A stretch of DNA of 64,000 nt from an uncultured Gemmatimonadales bacterium. GTDB taxonomy: Bacteria; Gemmatimonadota; Gemmatimonadetes; Longimicrobiales; Gaopeijiaceae. The notes beneath the pieces were generated by a model, which made no database searches, was not told where the DNA came from, and saw only the letters and a list, made by a program, of their open reading frames with translations. Positions 1-9,168 of the stretch are shown in pieces; positions within the stretch are counted from its first letter, which is position 1, and each line of letters starts with the position of its first letter. Position numbers and translations under genes: made by a program. The stretch covers positions 2,336,001-2,400,000 of the forward strand of contig CAWELD010000003.1 in NCBI GenBank assembly GCA_963809895.1, given 5' to 3'.

Positions 1-420
1 GTGAGGGGCAGCGTGGAGGCCGGCGCACGGCTGCTCCTGGGAGGTGTGGTCCCCGCCGGTCCCGGTGCCTGGTACCCGGCCACGGTGCTCGCCGACGTCG
101 GGCCCGGCATGCCCGCGTACGAGGAGGAGCTCTTCGGCCCGGTGGCCGCGGTGCTCGAGGCCCGGGACGAAGAGGATGCGCTGAGGATCGCCAACGACAC
201 CTCCTACGGACTGGGTGCGGCCGTCTTCACGGCGGACAGTGCCCACGGTGAGGCCCTGGCCCGGCGACGACTGGACGCCGGCGCGTGCTTCGTGAACGCG
301 TACGTGCGCTCGGACCCCAGGCTCCCCTTCGGCGGCGTGAAGGAGAGCGGTCACGGACGAGAGCTGTCGCCCCTGGGCATTCGGGAATTCGTCAACGCCA
401 AGGCGGTGTGGGTGGCGTGA
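1..420 (+). CDS. Aldehyde dehydrogenase (succinate-semialdehyde dehydrogenase-like), C-terminal part; 5' end outside window
   Basis: EELFGPV, ANDTSYGLGAAVFT and PFGGVKESGHGRE ALDH motifs. Confidence 0.9.
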   Translation: MRGSVEAGARLLLGGVVPAGPGAWYPATVLADVGPGMPAYEEELFGPVAAVLEARDEEDALRIANDTSYGLGAAVFTADSAHGEALARRRLDAGACFVNAYVRSDPRLPFGGVKESGHGRELSPLGIREFVNAKAVWVA

Positions 421-460
421 CGACCCTGGTCCGGGCCGTGCGCCGGCACTAGCCTTCAGC

Positions 461-3082
461 ATGGGTCGACGTCTCCGGCTTTCGCTCCGTGGCCGCCTCA
501 TCCTGGTAGCGGTGCTGGCGGTGATTCCCGTCCTGACGGCCCTCGCGGTGGCCTGGACGCGGCTGGTCGACACCACGGAACGGGATCGCCGTCGCACGGT
601 GGAGGAGCTGGCGGCTCTGGCGGCCCGGGAGCACCGGGAGGCGGTGGCGGACGCCCGTGGCCTCTTCCACCTGTTGGGCGACCTTGCCCGCACGCCCCGC
701 GCGCGTGCCCACCTGTGCGAGAGCGCGCTGGCGGACGTGGTGTCGTACAAGGAGTTCTTCACCGCCCTGGCGGTCTACCGAGCCGACGGCACGGAAGTCT
801 GCCGCTATCCGCCGGGTCCGGCCTACGATCTCACCCGATCTCCGTATTTCGTGCGGGCGGTGCGCACCGGCCAACCCTCGGGCGCCGACTACCATGTTTC
901 ACCCGATGATTCGGTTTCCCGGGCGAGCCTCGCGTACCCCGTGGCCGACTCCACCGGCGTGGTCCGCTGGGTCGTGGTGGGTGGCATCTCGTTGGCCGAT
1001 ATCGCCAGCATCGAGCGCTCCATCGAGAAGGAGCTCGAGTTGGATTACCTGGTCCTGGGTCCCGACGGAACGCTCCTGCTGTGCAGGCCGGTACTGCCGG
1101 ACTGCCGGGGGCGGCGGGCGTCCGATCCGCTGGTCGCCGCGGCCCGGGCCGGACGCGACACCGTGCTCACCGCCGACGATCCCGCGGGCGTCACGCGCAC
1201 GTTCGCGCTGAGTCGGATCACGACCGGTCTTCCCGGGCCCGCAGCCATGGCGGCCGTGGGATACGACCCGCTGCGGATCAGGAGCGCGCTGCTTCCGGGA
1301 ACCAGGGTCAGCGCGCTGGGACTCCTGGCCGGGGGCCTCATCATGCTCGGGGGCCTGTGGACCGTGTTGGAGTTCGTGCTCTTCCGACGCCTGTCGCCGG
1401 TGGTCGCGACGGCACGGCGGTTGGGACAGGGCGACTTCACCGCGCGCACCGGACTCCGCGGTGAAGACGAGGTGGGCGTCCTCGCGGCGACCTTCGATGC
1501 CATGGCCCAGCGACTGCAGGAGGTGCGCGAGGCCGAGAGTGCCGCTGCGCGTCAGGCCATCGAGGCCCGGGACCGCCGCTTCCGCCTTCTGGCAGAGACC
1601 ATCGACGAAGTCTTCTGGATCTGGGACGTGGCCGAGGCCCGCACCGTCTACCTGAGCCCCGGCTTCCGCAAGATCTGGCATCGCCATCCCGACGACGTGT
1701 TGGACCGCGAGGACGGGTGGCTCGCCACGGTCCACCCGGAGGATCGTGACATCGCCCGTGCCGCGGGGACACGCGAAGGCGACCACGAGTACCGGGTGCT
1801 CCGGCCCGACGGCGAGGTTCGCTGGGTGAGGAATCGGACCTTCGCCGTCCGGGACGGAGACGGCGCCATCACCCAGTGGGTCGGGGCGGTCCAGGACGTC
1901 ACCGAGCGCCGCCTCCTGGAAGAGGCGCTGGTGCAGTCCAGCAAACTCGAAGCGGTGGGCCGTCTCGCCGGAGGCGTCGCCCACGACTTCAACAACATCC
2001 TCATGGCGGTACGGGGCCACGTGCAGCTCGTGCAGGAAGCATTGCCGGCGAGCTCACACATCCGCGAAGACCTGGACGAAATCGATCAGGCCGCCGCCCG
2101 CGCCGAGAGCCTCACCCGTCAGCTGCTCGCCTTCGGTCGCAAGCAGCCGCTGCGAGTCGAGGTGCTGGACCTGAACGAGGTGATCCGTGACGCCGAGGGA
2201 CTGCTTCGACGTCTGGTGGGCCCTGACGTCACCCTGGAGCTCCAGCTCGACGCCGCCCCCCCGAGCGTGCGCATGGACCCCACCCATCTGGAGCAGGTTC
2301 TGGTGAACCTCGCGGTCAACGCCCGGGACGCCATGCCCGACGGCGGGCGCCTGGTCGTCGAGACCGGTGCGGCGGTCCTCCCCGACGCAGACGAATCCCT
2401 GGCCGGTGTCGCCCGTGAAGGGTCGTACGCCGTCCTGCGTGTCACCGATACCGGAACGGGCATGGACGCCGACGTCCGGGCCCACCTCTTCGAACCCTTC
2501 TACACGACCAAGGAGACCGGCAAGGGCACCGGGTTGGGGTTGGCCACCGTGTACGGGGTCACGACCCAGGCCGGCGGCCACATCCGTGTCACCAGCGAAC
2601 CGGGTCAGGGGGCCTGTTTCCTTCTCTATCTGCCCGCGGTGCCCGCGGGCGAGCGAGGGCCCCGCTCCCCTGCGGAGGAGGCGCCCCCGGATACCGAATC
2701 CCCAGGCCAGGACCGACGGCTGCGCATCCTGGTCGTGGAGGACGAGGATTCCGTGCGCCGGGTCGCCGTGAAGACGCTGGAGCAGTTCGGACACGAGGTC
2801 CTGGGAGCCGGCGGTGGCCGGGAGGCGCTGTCAGTCCTGGACGCGACGGCCGTGGACCTCGTGCTCTCCGACGTGATGATGCCGGACATGACGGGGCCCG
2901 AGCTACAGAAGGCCCTCCGCGAGGCCCACATCCGGGTGCCCGTGGTCTTCATGTCCGGGTTCTCGGGCGAGGCAGGCGGCATTCCGCTCGAGGGCGCCTC
3001 TTTCCTGCAGAAGCCCTTCACCCGGGACGACCTGCGAAGCGCCATCCGCGCGGCGCTGGCGAGTGGCAAGAAAGACGCCTGA
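461..3082 (+). CDS. Hybrid sensor histidine kinase (TM-Cache-TM-HAMP-PAS-HisKA-HATPase-REC)
   Basis: Two TM segments; HAMP (DEVGVLAATFDAM); PAS (YRVLRPDGEVRWV); H-box GGVAHDFNN; NLAVNARDAM; FEPFYTTK..GKGTGLGL; C-terminal receiver (VEDE, SDVMMP, KPF). Confidence 0.93.
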   Translation: MGRRLRLSLRGRLILVAVLAVIPVLTALAVAWTRLVDTTERDRRRTVEELAALAAREHREAVADARGLFHLLGDLARTPRARAHLCESALADVVSYKEFFTALAVYRADGTEVCRYPPGPAYDLTRSPYFVRAVRTGQPSGADYHVSPDDSVSRASLAYPVADSTGVVRWVVVGGISLADIASIERSIEKELELDYLVLGPDGTLLLCRPVLPDCRGRRASDPLVAAARAGRDTVLTADDPAGVTRTFALSRITTGLPGPAAMAAVGYDPLRIRSALLPGTRVSALGLLAGGLIMLGGLWTVLEFVLFRRLSPVVATARRLGQGDFTARTGLRGEDEVGVLAATFDAMAQRLQEVREAESAAARQAIEARDRRFRLLAETIDEVFWIWDVAEARTVYLSPGFRKIWHRHPDDVLDREDGWLATVHPEDRDIARAAGTREGDHEYRVLRPDGEVRWVRNRTFAVRDGDGAITQWVGAVQDVTERRLLEEALVQSSKLEAVGRLAGGVAHDFNNILMAVRGHVQLVQEALPASSHIREDLDEIDQAAARAESLTRQLLAFGRKQPLRVEVLDLNEVIRDAEGLLRRLVGPDVTLELQLDAAPPSVRMDPTHLEQVLVNLAVNARDAMPDGGRLVVETGAAVLPDADESLAGVAREGSYAVLRVTDTGTGMDADVRAHLFEPFYTTKETGKGTGLGLATVYGVTTQAGGHIRVTSEPGQGACFLLYLPAVPAGERGPRSPAEEAPPDTESPGQDRRLRILVVEDEDSVRRVAVKTLEQFGHEVLGAGGGREALSVLDATAVDLVLSDVMMPDMTGPELQKALREAHIRVPVVFMSGFSGEAGGIPLEGASFLQKPFTRDDLRSAIRAALASGKKDA

Positions 3083-3096
3083 GGCACGGACGCCCG

Positions 3097-4074
3097 TCAG
3101 GTCTCGGGATCGGGCACCGCCTGCTGCATCTCGGTGGCCACCGCGTCGGCCGACCGCATGCGGCCGAGATCGAGCTCGAAGTCGGGGTGGCCCGGGGCGG
3201 CGAGCTTCTCGGTCAGCTCCCGGATCTCCCGACCCGACAAGCCGAACTCGGCGAGCTGCGCCCTGCTCAGTGCCGCCCCCTCCCTGGCGCGGACACCGTC
3301 CTCGTCGGCTTCCATCAGCCGTGCCAGCGCCCGCCGCTCGCCGCGCGTGAAACTCCGCCCTTCGAGGTCGTAGTCGACCCACGCCTCGTAGCTGAGGGGA
3401 GCCACGCGCTTGACCATGCCGGCCATGACCCTGGCGAAGGCACGGATCTCGAGCTGCGCGTGGGGATCCACCCGCAGCGTGAGGAAATGGAGCAGGTTGT
3501 GGAGGTCGATCTTCCAGTACCACTGGGTATAGGTGGAAAGCGGAAGGTCGATGCGCGCCAGCTCCCGGGCCACGTCCTCCTCCAGCAGCCATCCGTAGGT
3601 GTCGCCGGCCCTCTGGCGCAGCTCCTCCCAGCGGGCCACGGCCCGGTGGTATACCTCGGAGGGTGCGGGCTCGCCCCTGCCCTGGTTGTTGGTGGGGCTC
3701 TGGAAGGCGAAGTCCCCCTCGGCGGGCGTGTAGAACAGAAGCGGCATGAGCGAGTAGCGGGCGCTGTACTCATTGATGTTCGCCGTCCGGTGGCGGACCC
3801 ATTGCCGCGCCACGAACATGGGCATGGCGCAGTGGAACTTCAGCTCCACCATCTCGCTGGGCGTCGTGTGCCGATGGCGACGCAGATAACGGACCAGCCC
3901 GCGCGTCTGGCTTCGCTTGCGCGTGCCGTACCCGTAGCTTACCCGGGCGGCGCGCTCCACGCTCTCGTCCGAGCCCATGTAGTCCACGAGGGCCACGAAG
4001 CCGTGATCGAGCACCGGGAAGTAGCCGCCGAGGATCTCTTCCGCCTCGGGAATGGTTGGCCGCTTGGTGTCCAT
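3097..4074 (-). CDS. thyX: FAD-dependent thymidylate synthase
   Basis: RHRX7S signature (RHRTANINEYS), AARVSY, ELAR, NLLHFLTLR...AQLEIR. Confidence 0.95.
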   Translation of the reverse strand: MDTKRPTIPEAEEILGGYFPVLDHGFVALVDYMGSDESVERAARVSYGYGTRKRSQTRGLVRYLRRHRHTTPSEMVELKFHCAMPMFVARQWVRHRTANINEYSARYSLMPLLFYTPAEGDFAFQSPTNNQGRGEPAPSEVYHRAVARWEELRQRAGDTYGWLLEEDVARELARIDLPLSTYTQWYWKIDLHNLLHFLTLRVDPHAQLEIRAFARVMAGMVKRVAPLSYEAWVDYDLEGRSFTRGERRALARLMEADEDGVRAREGAALSRAQLAEFGLSGREIRELTEKLAAPGHPDFELDLGRMRSADAVATEMQQAVPDPET

Positions 4075-4140
4075 GACAGGTGTGGACGGGAACGAGGATC
4101 GAGGGATGGATGAACGAGAGAGCGCTGCCGACAGACCCGG

Positions 4141-4674
4141 TCAGGCGCCCGAGGTGCGCCGGATGCCGCCCCGCATGGAGCTGCCTCCGGAGCCCGGATC
4201 CGGGTCGGTGCCAGGCGCTTCTTCCTGGTACCACCCGCCATTCGGATCGAGACCGTATGCCTTGTCGACGTCGCTCCCGAAGAAGTTGGCCCCCATGAGG
4301 GTCGCCCCGACCAGGATGGTACCGTCCAGGTCACAGCGGAGCAGGCGGGCCAGCGTCAGGTCGGCCTCGACGAAGGCGGCCCCCCGGAGCTGGGCGCCCT
4401 CGACGACTGCACCCTTCAGCCGTGCGCGGTAGAGCGACGCGTGCGTGAGGTCGGCGAAGGACAGATCGGCCCGGTCCAGGATCGCCCCGGACAGGTTCGT
4501 GGACTTGAGGTCGGCGCCCTGGAGCTTGGCATACCAGAGGTCGACGTCACGCAGGTCCAGACCCGACAGGTCCGCACCACGCAGATCGACCTCCGACAGC
4601 TCCTGGGAGGAGCGCCACCGGTTCCAGGCCTCCACTCCTTCGCGGAGGCGCGACAGATGCTCGGGACTTGCCAT
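4141..4674 (-). CDS. Pentapeptide repeat protein
   Basis: Tandem A(D/N)Lxx repeats (ADLSG, ADLKS, ADLSF, ADLTH) after an N-terminal EHL..L.EGVEAWNRWR cap. Confidence 0.9.
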   Translation of the reverse strand: MASPEHLSRLREGVEAWNRWRSSQELSEVDLRGADLSGLDLRDVDLWYAKLQGADLKSTNLSGAILDRADLSFADLTHASLYRARLKGAVVEGAQLRGAAFVEADLTLARLLRCDLDGTILVGATLMGANFFGSDVDKAYGLDPNGGWYQEEAPGTDPDPGSGGSSMRGGIRRTSGA

Positions 4675-4692
4675 GGAGGTAGAATAGAAGGG
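4674..4692. promoter_or_regulatory. Candidate bidirectional promoter with overlapping -10 hexamers feeding two leaderless genes
   Basis: + TAGAAT 4680-4685 lies 6 nt before GTG 4692; - TATTCT 4686-4681 lies 6 nt before ATG 4674. Confidence 0.65.
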
Positions 4693-7298
4693 TGAGGCAC
4701 TCCACGTCCATCCGTACGCAGATCGCCCTGCTGCTCATCGGGGCCGCGGTGCTGGCCGCGGCCACCGCGGGCTACGCTGTGTATTCCGACTATCAGTTGG
4801 CGAGGCAGGACGAGGAGGGGCGCCTGCAGGAGGTGGTGGAACTGGCGGCCTCCGGCATCCGCCAGTACGTCAGCGACACCGAGCGAACCGCGGCCGCTCT
4901 CGCGTCGCGACCCCTCATCCGCGCCATGGATCCGACCACGTGTGCCTCGTTCATGCGCGAGGCCAACCAGATCCTGCACCAGTACACCAACGTCTTCGTG
5001 GTCGACGGGCAGGGCCGGTTGCTGTGTTCGGCCCTTCCCCCCTCCGAACCCAATTCCACGGCCGAGGGTGCGCCGTGGTGGGACCGGGCACGGGGCCATG
5101 ACGGGTTCGTCATCGGGGCCCCGCAGATGGGACGGCTGTCCCGCGTGCCGGTGGTGGTGTTCGCCTATCCCATCCACGGCGACGACGGCGGCATCATCGG
5201 GTGGGTCGGGTTGTCCGCGAACACGCTGGTCCGGTTCCGCGACCTCGTGTCGAGCTCGAACGTGGCGGCGGGGGGCGTCATCACGCTGGCCCAGTACGAC
5301 GGCACGGTCATCTCCCGCTCCGAGGACGCCGAAGAGTGGGTGGGACGGAAGCTTCCGTCGTCGGGCAGCTCCGACGCTCAGGCCGCCGTGGCCCAGGGCA
5401 CCAACGTGGCCACCGACGGAAACGGCGTGGTCCGCTTCTGGGCCTTCCGCAACCTGCCGGGCTACGAGTGGCGCGTGTACGCGGGCGTGCCGCTTCGCGA
5501 CGTGCGCGCCGCGGCCCTGCGGCGGGCCCGTCCCAAGGTGATCCTGCTCCTGGTGCTCCTGGCGCTGCTCCTCTTCCTGGCCACGCGTCTGCAGTCCAGC
5601 ATCACCGGTGCCCTGGACGATCTCCAGGCCGCGACGCGGTCTGCCGCGCTGGGGCGCACCGATTCGGTTCCCGTGGGCGGCCCCCCCGAGGTGGCCGAGG
5701 TCGCGGCACAGTTCAACCGCACGCTCGAGGACCGGGCTCGGGCGCTGGAGGCCGAGCGCAGCATCCGTCACCGGTACCAATCCATCCTCAACAACGCCAT
5801 CTTCGGCATCTTCATCTCCACGCCCGAGGGCCACATACGGGAAACCAATCCGGCTCTGGCCCACATGCTCGGCGAAGAGTCGGTGGCCAAGGTCATGGCC
5901 CGCAACATGCGGGATCTGTACGCACGTCCCGCCGACCGCTCACGGCTCGTCGAGGACGCCCTGGGGGGCCGGCGTACCAGCGCCGAGGTCGAGTGGCGCC
6001 GTGCCGACGGCAGCACCTTTCCGGTACGCCTCAACTGGAGCGTGATCCGTCTGCCCGACGGCCAGCAGGCCTTCGAGGTCATCGCCGAGGACCTGACGGA
6101 GCGGCGCACGCTCGAACAGCAGCTCAGGCAGGCCCAGAAGCTCGAGGCGGTCGGCCGGCTAGCCGGCGGCGTGGCTCACGACTTCAACAACCGGCTCACG
6201 GTCATCTCCGGCCAGGCCGAGCTCCTGCTCACCGAGCTCCCCGCCGACAGCGCCATGCGCGATCACGCCGAGGCCATCATGGGATCGTCGCGTCGCGCCG
6301 CCGATCTCACGGCCCAGCTGCTCGCCTTCAGCCGACGACAGGTGGCGAGGCCCCAGGCGCTGGACCTGGTACAGGTGGTGCAGGGCGTGGATCTGGTGCT
6401 GAAACGGCTGGTGGGCGAGGAAGTGGAACTGATCACCGACCTCCAGCCCGTGGGCCCGATCCAGGCCGACCCCGGACAGGTAGAGCAGATCCTCCTGAAC
6501 CTGTGCACCAACGCCCGGGACGCCATGCCCGAAGGGGGGCGCATCACCATCGCCACCGAGATGCGCCATCTGTCCGAAGACGCGGCCAGGAGGCGGGTGG
6601 ACGCCGAGCCGGGCGACTATGCGGTGCTCGTGGTCACCGACACCGGCCACGGCATGGACGAGGAGACCCGCCAGCGTGTCTTCGAGCCCTTCTACACCAC
6701 GAAGCCACCAGGCAAGGGGACCGGTCTGGGACTTTCCACCGTGTACGGCATCACGGTGCAGAGCGGCGGACACGTGCGGGTCTACTCCTGGCCGGCCAAG
6801 GGCACGCGGTTCGAGATCTGGCTGCCGACGGCGGCGAGCATGGAAGCGGGTGCCCCGACCGCACAGGCGGAGGTCGCTGGCGATGCCTCGCGCCCGACCA
6901 CGTGGGGCGGTCCGGAGACGATCCTGGTGGCCGAGGACGAGGATCCGGTGCGGCGCATCCTCACGGCGACGCTGTCCAGGGCAGGCTACGAAGTCCTCGA
7001 AGCAGAAGACGGACCGACGGCGCTGGCGAGGGCGCGAGACCACGACGGCCCCATACATCTCCTGGTCACCGACGTGGTCATGCCCGGAATGCGGGGCCCG
7101 GAACTGGCGGAGCGCCTCTCCCGGGCCCGCACGGGCATCCGTGTCCTCTTCATCTCGGGGTACACGGACCAGGCCGATCTCAAGCTGAACGAGAACGGCC
7201 GGCGCACGGCCTTCCTGGCCAAACCCTTCACGCCGGACGAGCTGCGCGCGGAGGTCAGAACGATCCTGGACGACGGCGCTGGCATCCATCCTGCATGA
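4692..7298 (+). CDS. Hybrid sensor histidine kinase (Cache-HAMP-PAS-HisKA-HATPase-REC)
   Basis: QAQKLEAVGRLAGGVAHDFNN, NARDAMPEGG, GKGTGLGLSTVYG, receiver AEDE/TDVVMP/KPF. Confidence 0.93.
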   Translation: MRHSTSIRTQIALLLIGAAVLAAATAGYAVYSDYQLARQDEEGRLQEVVELAASGIRQYVSDTERTAAALASRPLIRAMDPTTCASFMREANQILHQYTNVFVVDGQGRLLCSALPPSEPNSTAEGAPWWDRARGHDGFVIGAPQMGRLSRVPVVVFAYPIHGDDGGIIGWVGLSANTLVRFRDLVSSSNVAAGGVITLAQYDGTVISRSEDAEEWVGRKLPSSGSSDAQAAVAQGTNVATDGNGVVRFWAFRNLPGYEWRVYAGVPLRDVRAAALRRARPKVILLLVLLALLLFLATRLQSSITGALDDLQAATRSAALGRTDSVPVGGPPEVAEVAAQFNRTLEDRARALEAERSIRHRYQSILNNAIFGIFISTPEGHIRETNPALAHMLGEESVAKVMARNMRDLYARPADRSRLVEDALGGRRTSAEVEWRRADGSTFPVRLNWSVIRLPDGQQAFEVIAEDLTERRTLEQQLRQAQKLEAVGRLAGGVAHDFNNRLTVISGQAELLLTELPADSAMRDHAEAIMGSSRRAADLTAQLLAFSRRQVARPQALDLVQVVQGVDLVLKRLVGEEVELITDLQPVGPIQADPGQVEQILLNLCTNARDAMPEGGRITIATEMRHLSEDAARRRVDAEPGDYAVLVVTDTGHGMDEETRQRVFEPFYTTKPPGKGTGLGLSTVYGITVQSGGHVRVYSWPAKGTRFEIWLPTAASMEAGAPTAQAEVAGDASRPTTWGGPETILVAEDEDPVRRILTATLSRAGYEVLEAEDGPTALARARDHDGPIHLLVTDVVMPGMRGPELAERLSRARTGIRVLFISGYTDQADLKLNENGRRTAFLAKPFTPDELRAEVRTILDDGAGIHPA

Positions 7299-7359
7299 AG
7301 GAAACGGCAGTCATTCACTCCGGGGCTCAGCAGCCCCCCCAAGCACGGGAGATGCAGAG

Positions 7360-8076
7360 ATGAGCCACCTGCCCAAGGGTGCCATCCGGATCACTACGGC
7401 CCTGGCCCTGGCGGCCATGGCGACCGGCTGCGCGCACGTGAAACAAGACGAATTCCAGGCGGAGATGGACAATCTCCGCGCCGAAATCGCTTCGGGCGAC
7501 CAGGCACTGGAGACGCGAATCGCCGCCAATGAATCGTCCATCAACTCGCTCCAGACCCGGATGGACCGGCTCGAGAGCGAGCTGGACCAGCTGGGCCAGG
7601 AGTTCGACGCCACGGTGCAGCGTCTCGAGACAGCGCTCCGTTTCGCTGCACCCGTCCACTTCGGATTCGACGAAGCCACGGTGCGTCAGCAGGACTACGA
7701 GGTCCTGAACCGCTTCGCCTCGGTGGTCCAGAAGAACTACCCCGGCGCGGTCATCACCGTCGAGGGCTTCACCGATCCAGCCGGAAGTGCCGCCTACAAC
7801 AAGAAGCTCGGCCAGCGCCGCGCCGATGCAGTCAAGGCGGTCCTGGTGGACCAGGGCCGGATGATGGGTGACCAGATCCGCACCGTGAGCTACGGCGAGG
7901 ACACCAGCCGCCTGGTGGATGCCGGAGCCATGGGCCCCGGTGAGACCGGCATGGCCAATCGCCGCGTGGTGATGGTCATCGAGCAGGCCGACGCCGACAT
8001 GGCCCGGCCCGTGGTGTCCGACGACGACGCCACCGTGACCACCACCAGCACCGCTGCGTCCGGCGGCTCTCGCTGA
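7360..8076 (+). CDS. OmpA/Pal-family lipoprotein with N-terminal coiled coil
   Basis: Lipobox ATGC; heptad-rich segment; VHFGFD, VEGFTD..GS.AYNKKLGQRRADAV, NRRV. Confidence 0.9.
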   Translation: MSHLPKGAIRITTALALAAMATGCAHVKQDEFQAEMDNLRAEIASGDQALETRIAANESSINSLQTRMDRLESELDQLGQEFDATVQRLETALRFAAPVHFGFDEATVRQQDYEVLNRFASVVQKNYPGAVITVEGFTDPAGSAAYNKKLGQRRADAVKAVLVDQGRMMGDQIRTVSYGEDTSRLVDAGAMGPGETGMANRRVVMVIEQADADMARPVVSDDDATVTTTSTAASGGSR

Positions 8077-8154
8077 TCGTCGCGGGAATGAACAACGTCG
8101 AGGTCGTCGAGTTGGTCTGAGGCCGCGCTCGGCCTTCTCGCACCTCGCGCGCCG

Positions 8155-8184
8155 CACCCCGGGTGGCTTTCCGCCCCCGGGGTG
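8155..8184. terminator. GC-rich hairpin between convergent genes
   Basis: CACCCCGGG (8155-8163) pairs with CCCGGGGTG (8176-8184), with inner GGC/GCC; no long U tract. Confidence 0.5.
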
Positions 8185-8193
8185 TCGGTGTAT

Positions 8194-9168
8194 TCAGGCT
8201 CCGCCCGACAGCTCCCTCAGCCAGGCGTCCAGCGCTCGGCGCGGATAGTCGGCACTGAACTGGAACCACTCTCCCAGCGAGGTCGGCACGGTGAAGTCCG
8301 TGGCGGCCTCCTCGGCCGTCTGGCCCTGCTGGTGCGCTCGACGGGCCACCGCCTCCACATGATCCAGAAAGCCCACGTAGCGCGTCATGCCGGCCCGGTC
8401 CGCCAGGGTTCCGTGCCCCGGCACGTAGACCGTGTCGGGAGCCTCGCGGAAGAGTCTCGCCACCGAGGCCGACAGGGTGGAGGGACGGGCGTCCACGTAG
8501 TTGGGGAACATCCCGTTCCATACCAGGTCACCGCAGAAGACCACCGCCGGATCCTCCAGCGAGAGCGCCACGTCGCTGGCGGTGTGGCCGGCCATGGGCG
8601 TCAGCGCGAGGGTGCGCCCTCCCAGATCCAGCGCCGAGGGCGCGTCGCCCGGCAGGAGCTCCACCCGCGCGAGGGCCTGCCGAAGGGGTGCGTCGGGCCC
8701 CGTGTCGCCGGCGGCGGCGGTGGTGTCGGTCCGGTCTCGGGTGTCTTCGGTGGCCCACAGCTCCGGCTCCCCCTCGTCGCGCGCAAAGCCCGCCAGACCG
8801 CCGGTGTGGTCCCCATGGTAGTGCGTGACCACCACCTGGTCGGGCCACCGCCCCGTGAGCTCCCGGGCGCGGCGCGCCATCCACGCGGCACCCTCCGGCG
8901 AGGCGAAGGCCTCGATGACGACCACCCCCGCGCGACCGGCGACGATGCCGCCGTTGCACAGCGTCGTGCGGTCCTCCAGCGGCGTCGACACCAGCGCCCA
9001 CACGCCGTCCGCCACCGGTTCCAGGCTTCCCCAGGGCTCGCTGGCCACCGGCGCGCGCACGGATGCGAACAGACGGCGGGCGCCGGGTCCCAACCCCGCC
9101 GTGACCAGCGCGAGGTGGGCCGCGCAGGCGCCCCCCGTGCGCAGGAAATCGCGGCGGCTCGGGGTCAC
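8194..9168 (-). CDS. Tat-exported metallo-beta-lactamase-fold hydrolase
   Basis: SRRDFL Tat motif; THYHGDHTGG; GHT; GDL; PGHG. Confidence 0.9.
   Translation of the reverse strand: MTPSRRDFLRTGGACAAHLALVTAGLGPGARRLFASVRAPVASEPWGSLEPVADGVWALVSTPLEDRTTLCNGGIVAGRAGVVVIEAFASPEGAAWMARRARELTGRWPDQVVVTHYHGDHTGGLAGFARDEGEPELWATEDTRDRTDTTAAAGDTGPDAPLRQALARVELLPGDAPSALDLGGRTLALTPMAGHTASDVALSLEDPAVVFCGDLVWNGMFPNYVDARPSTLSASVARLFREAPDTVYVPGHGTLADRAGMTRYVGFLDHVEAVARRAHQQGQTAEEAATDFTVPTSLGEWFQFSADYPRRALDAWLRELSGGA

Noticed and set aside
8194..9168. MBL-fold gene as an antibiotic-resistance beta-lactamase
   Set aside because: HxHxDH is shared across the superfamily and nothing here shows beta-lactam specificity
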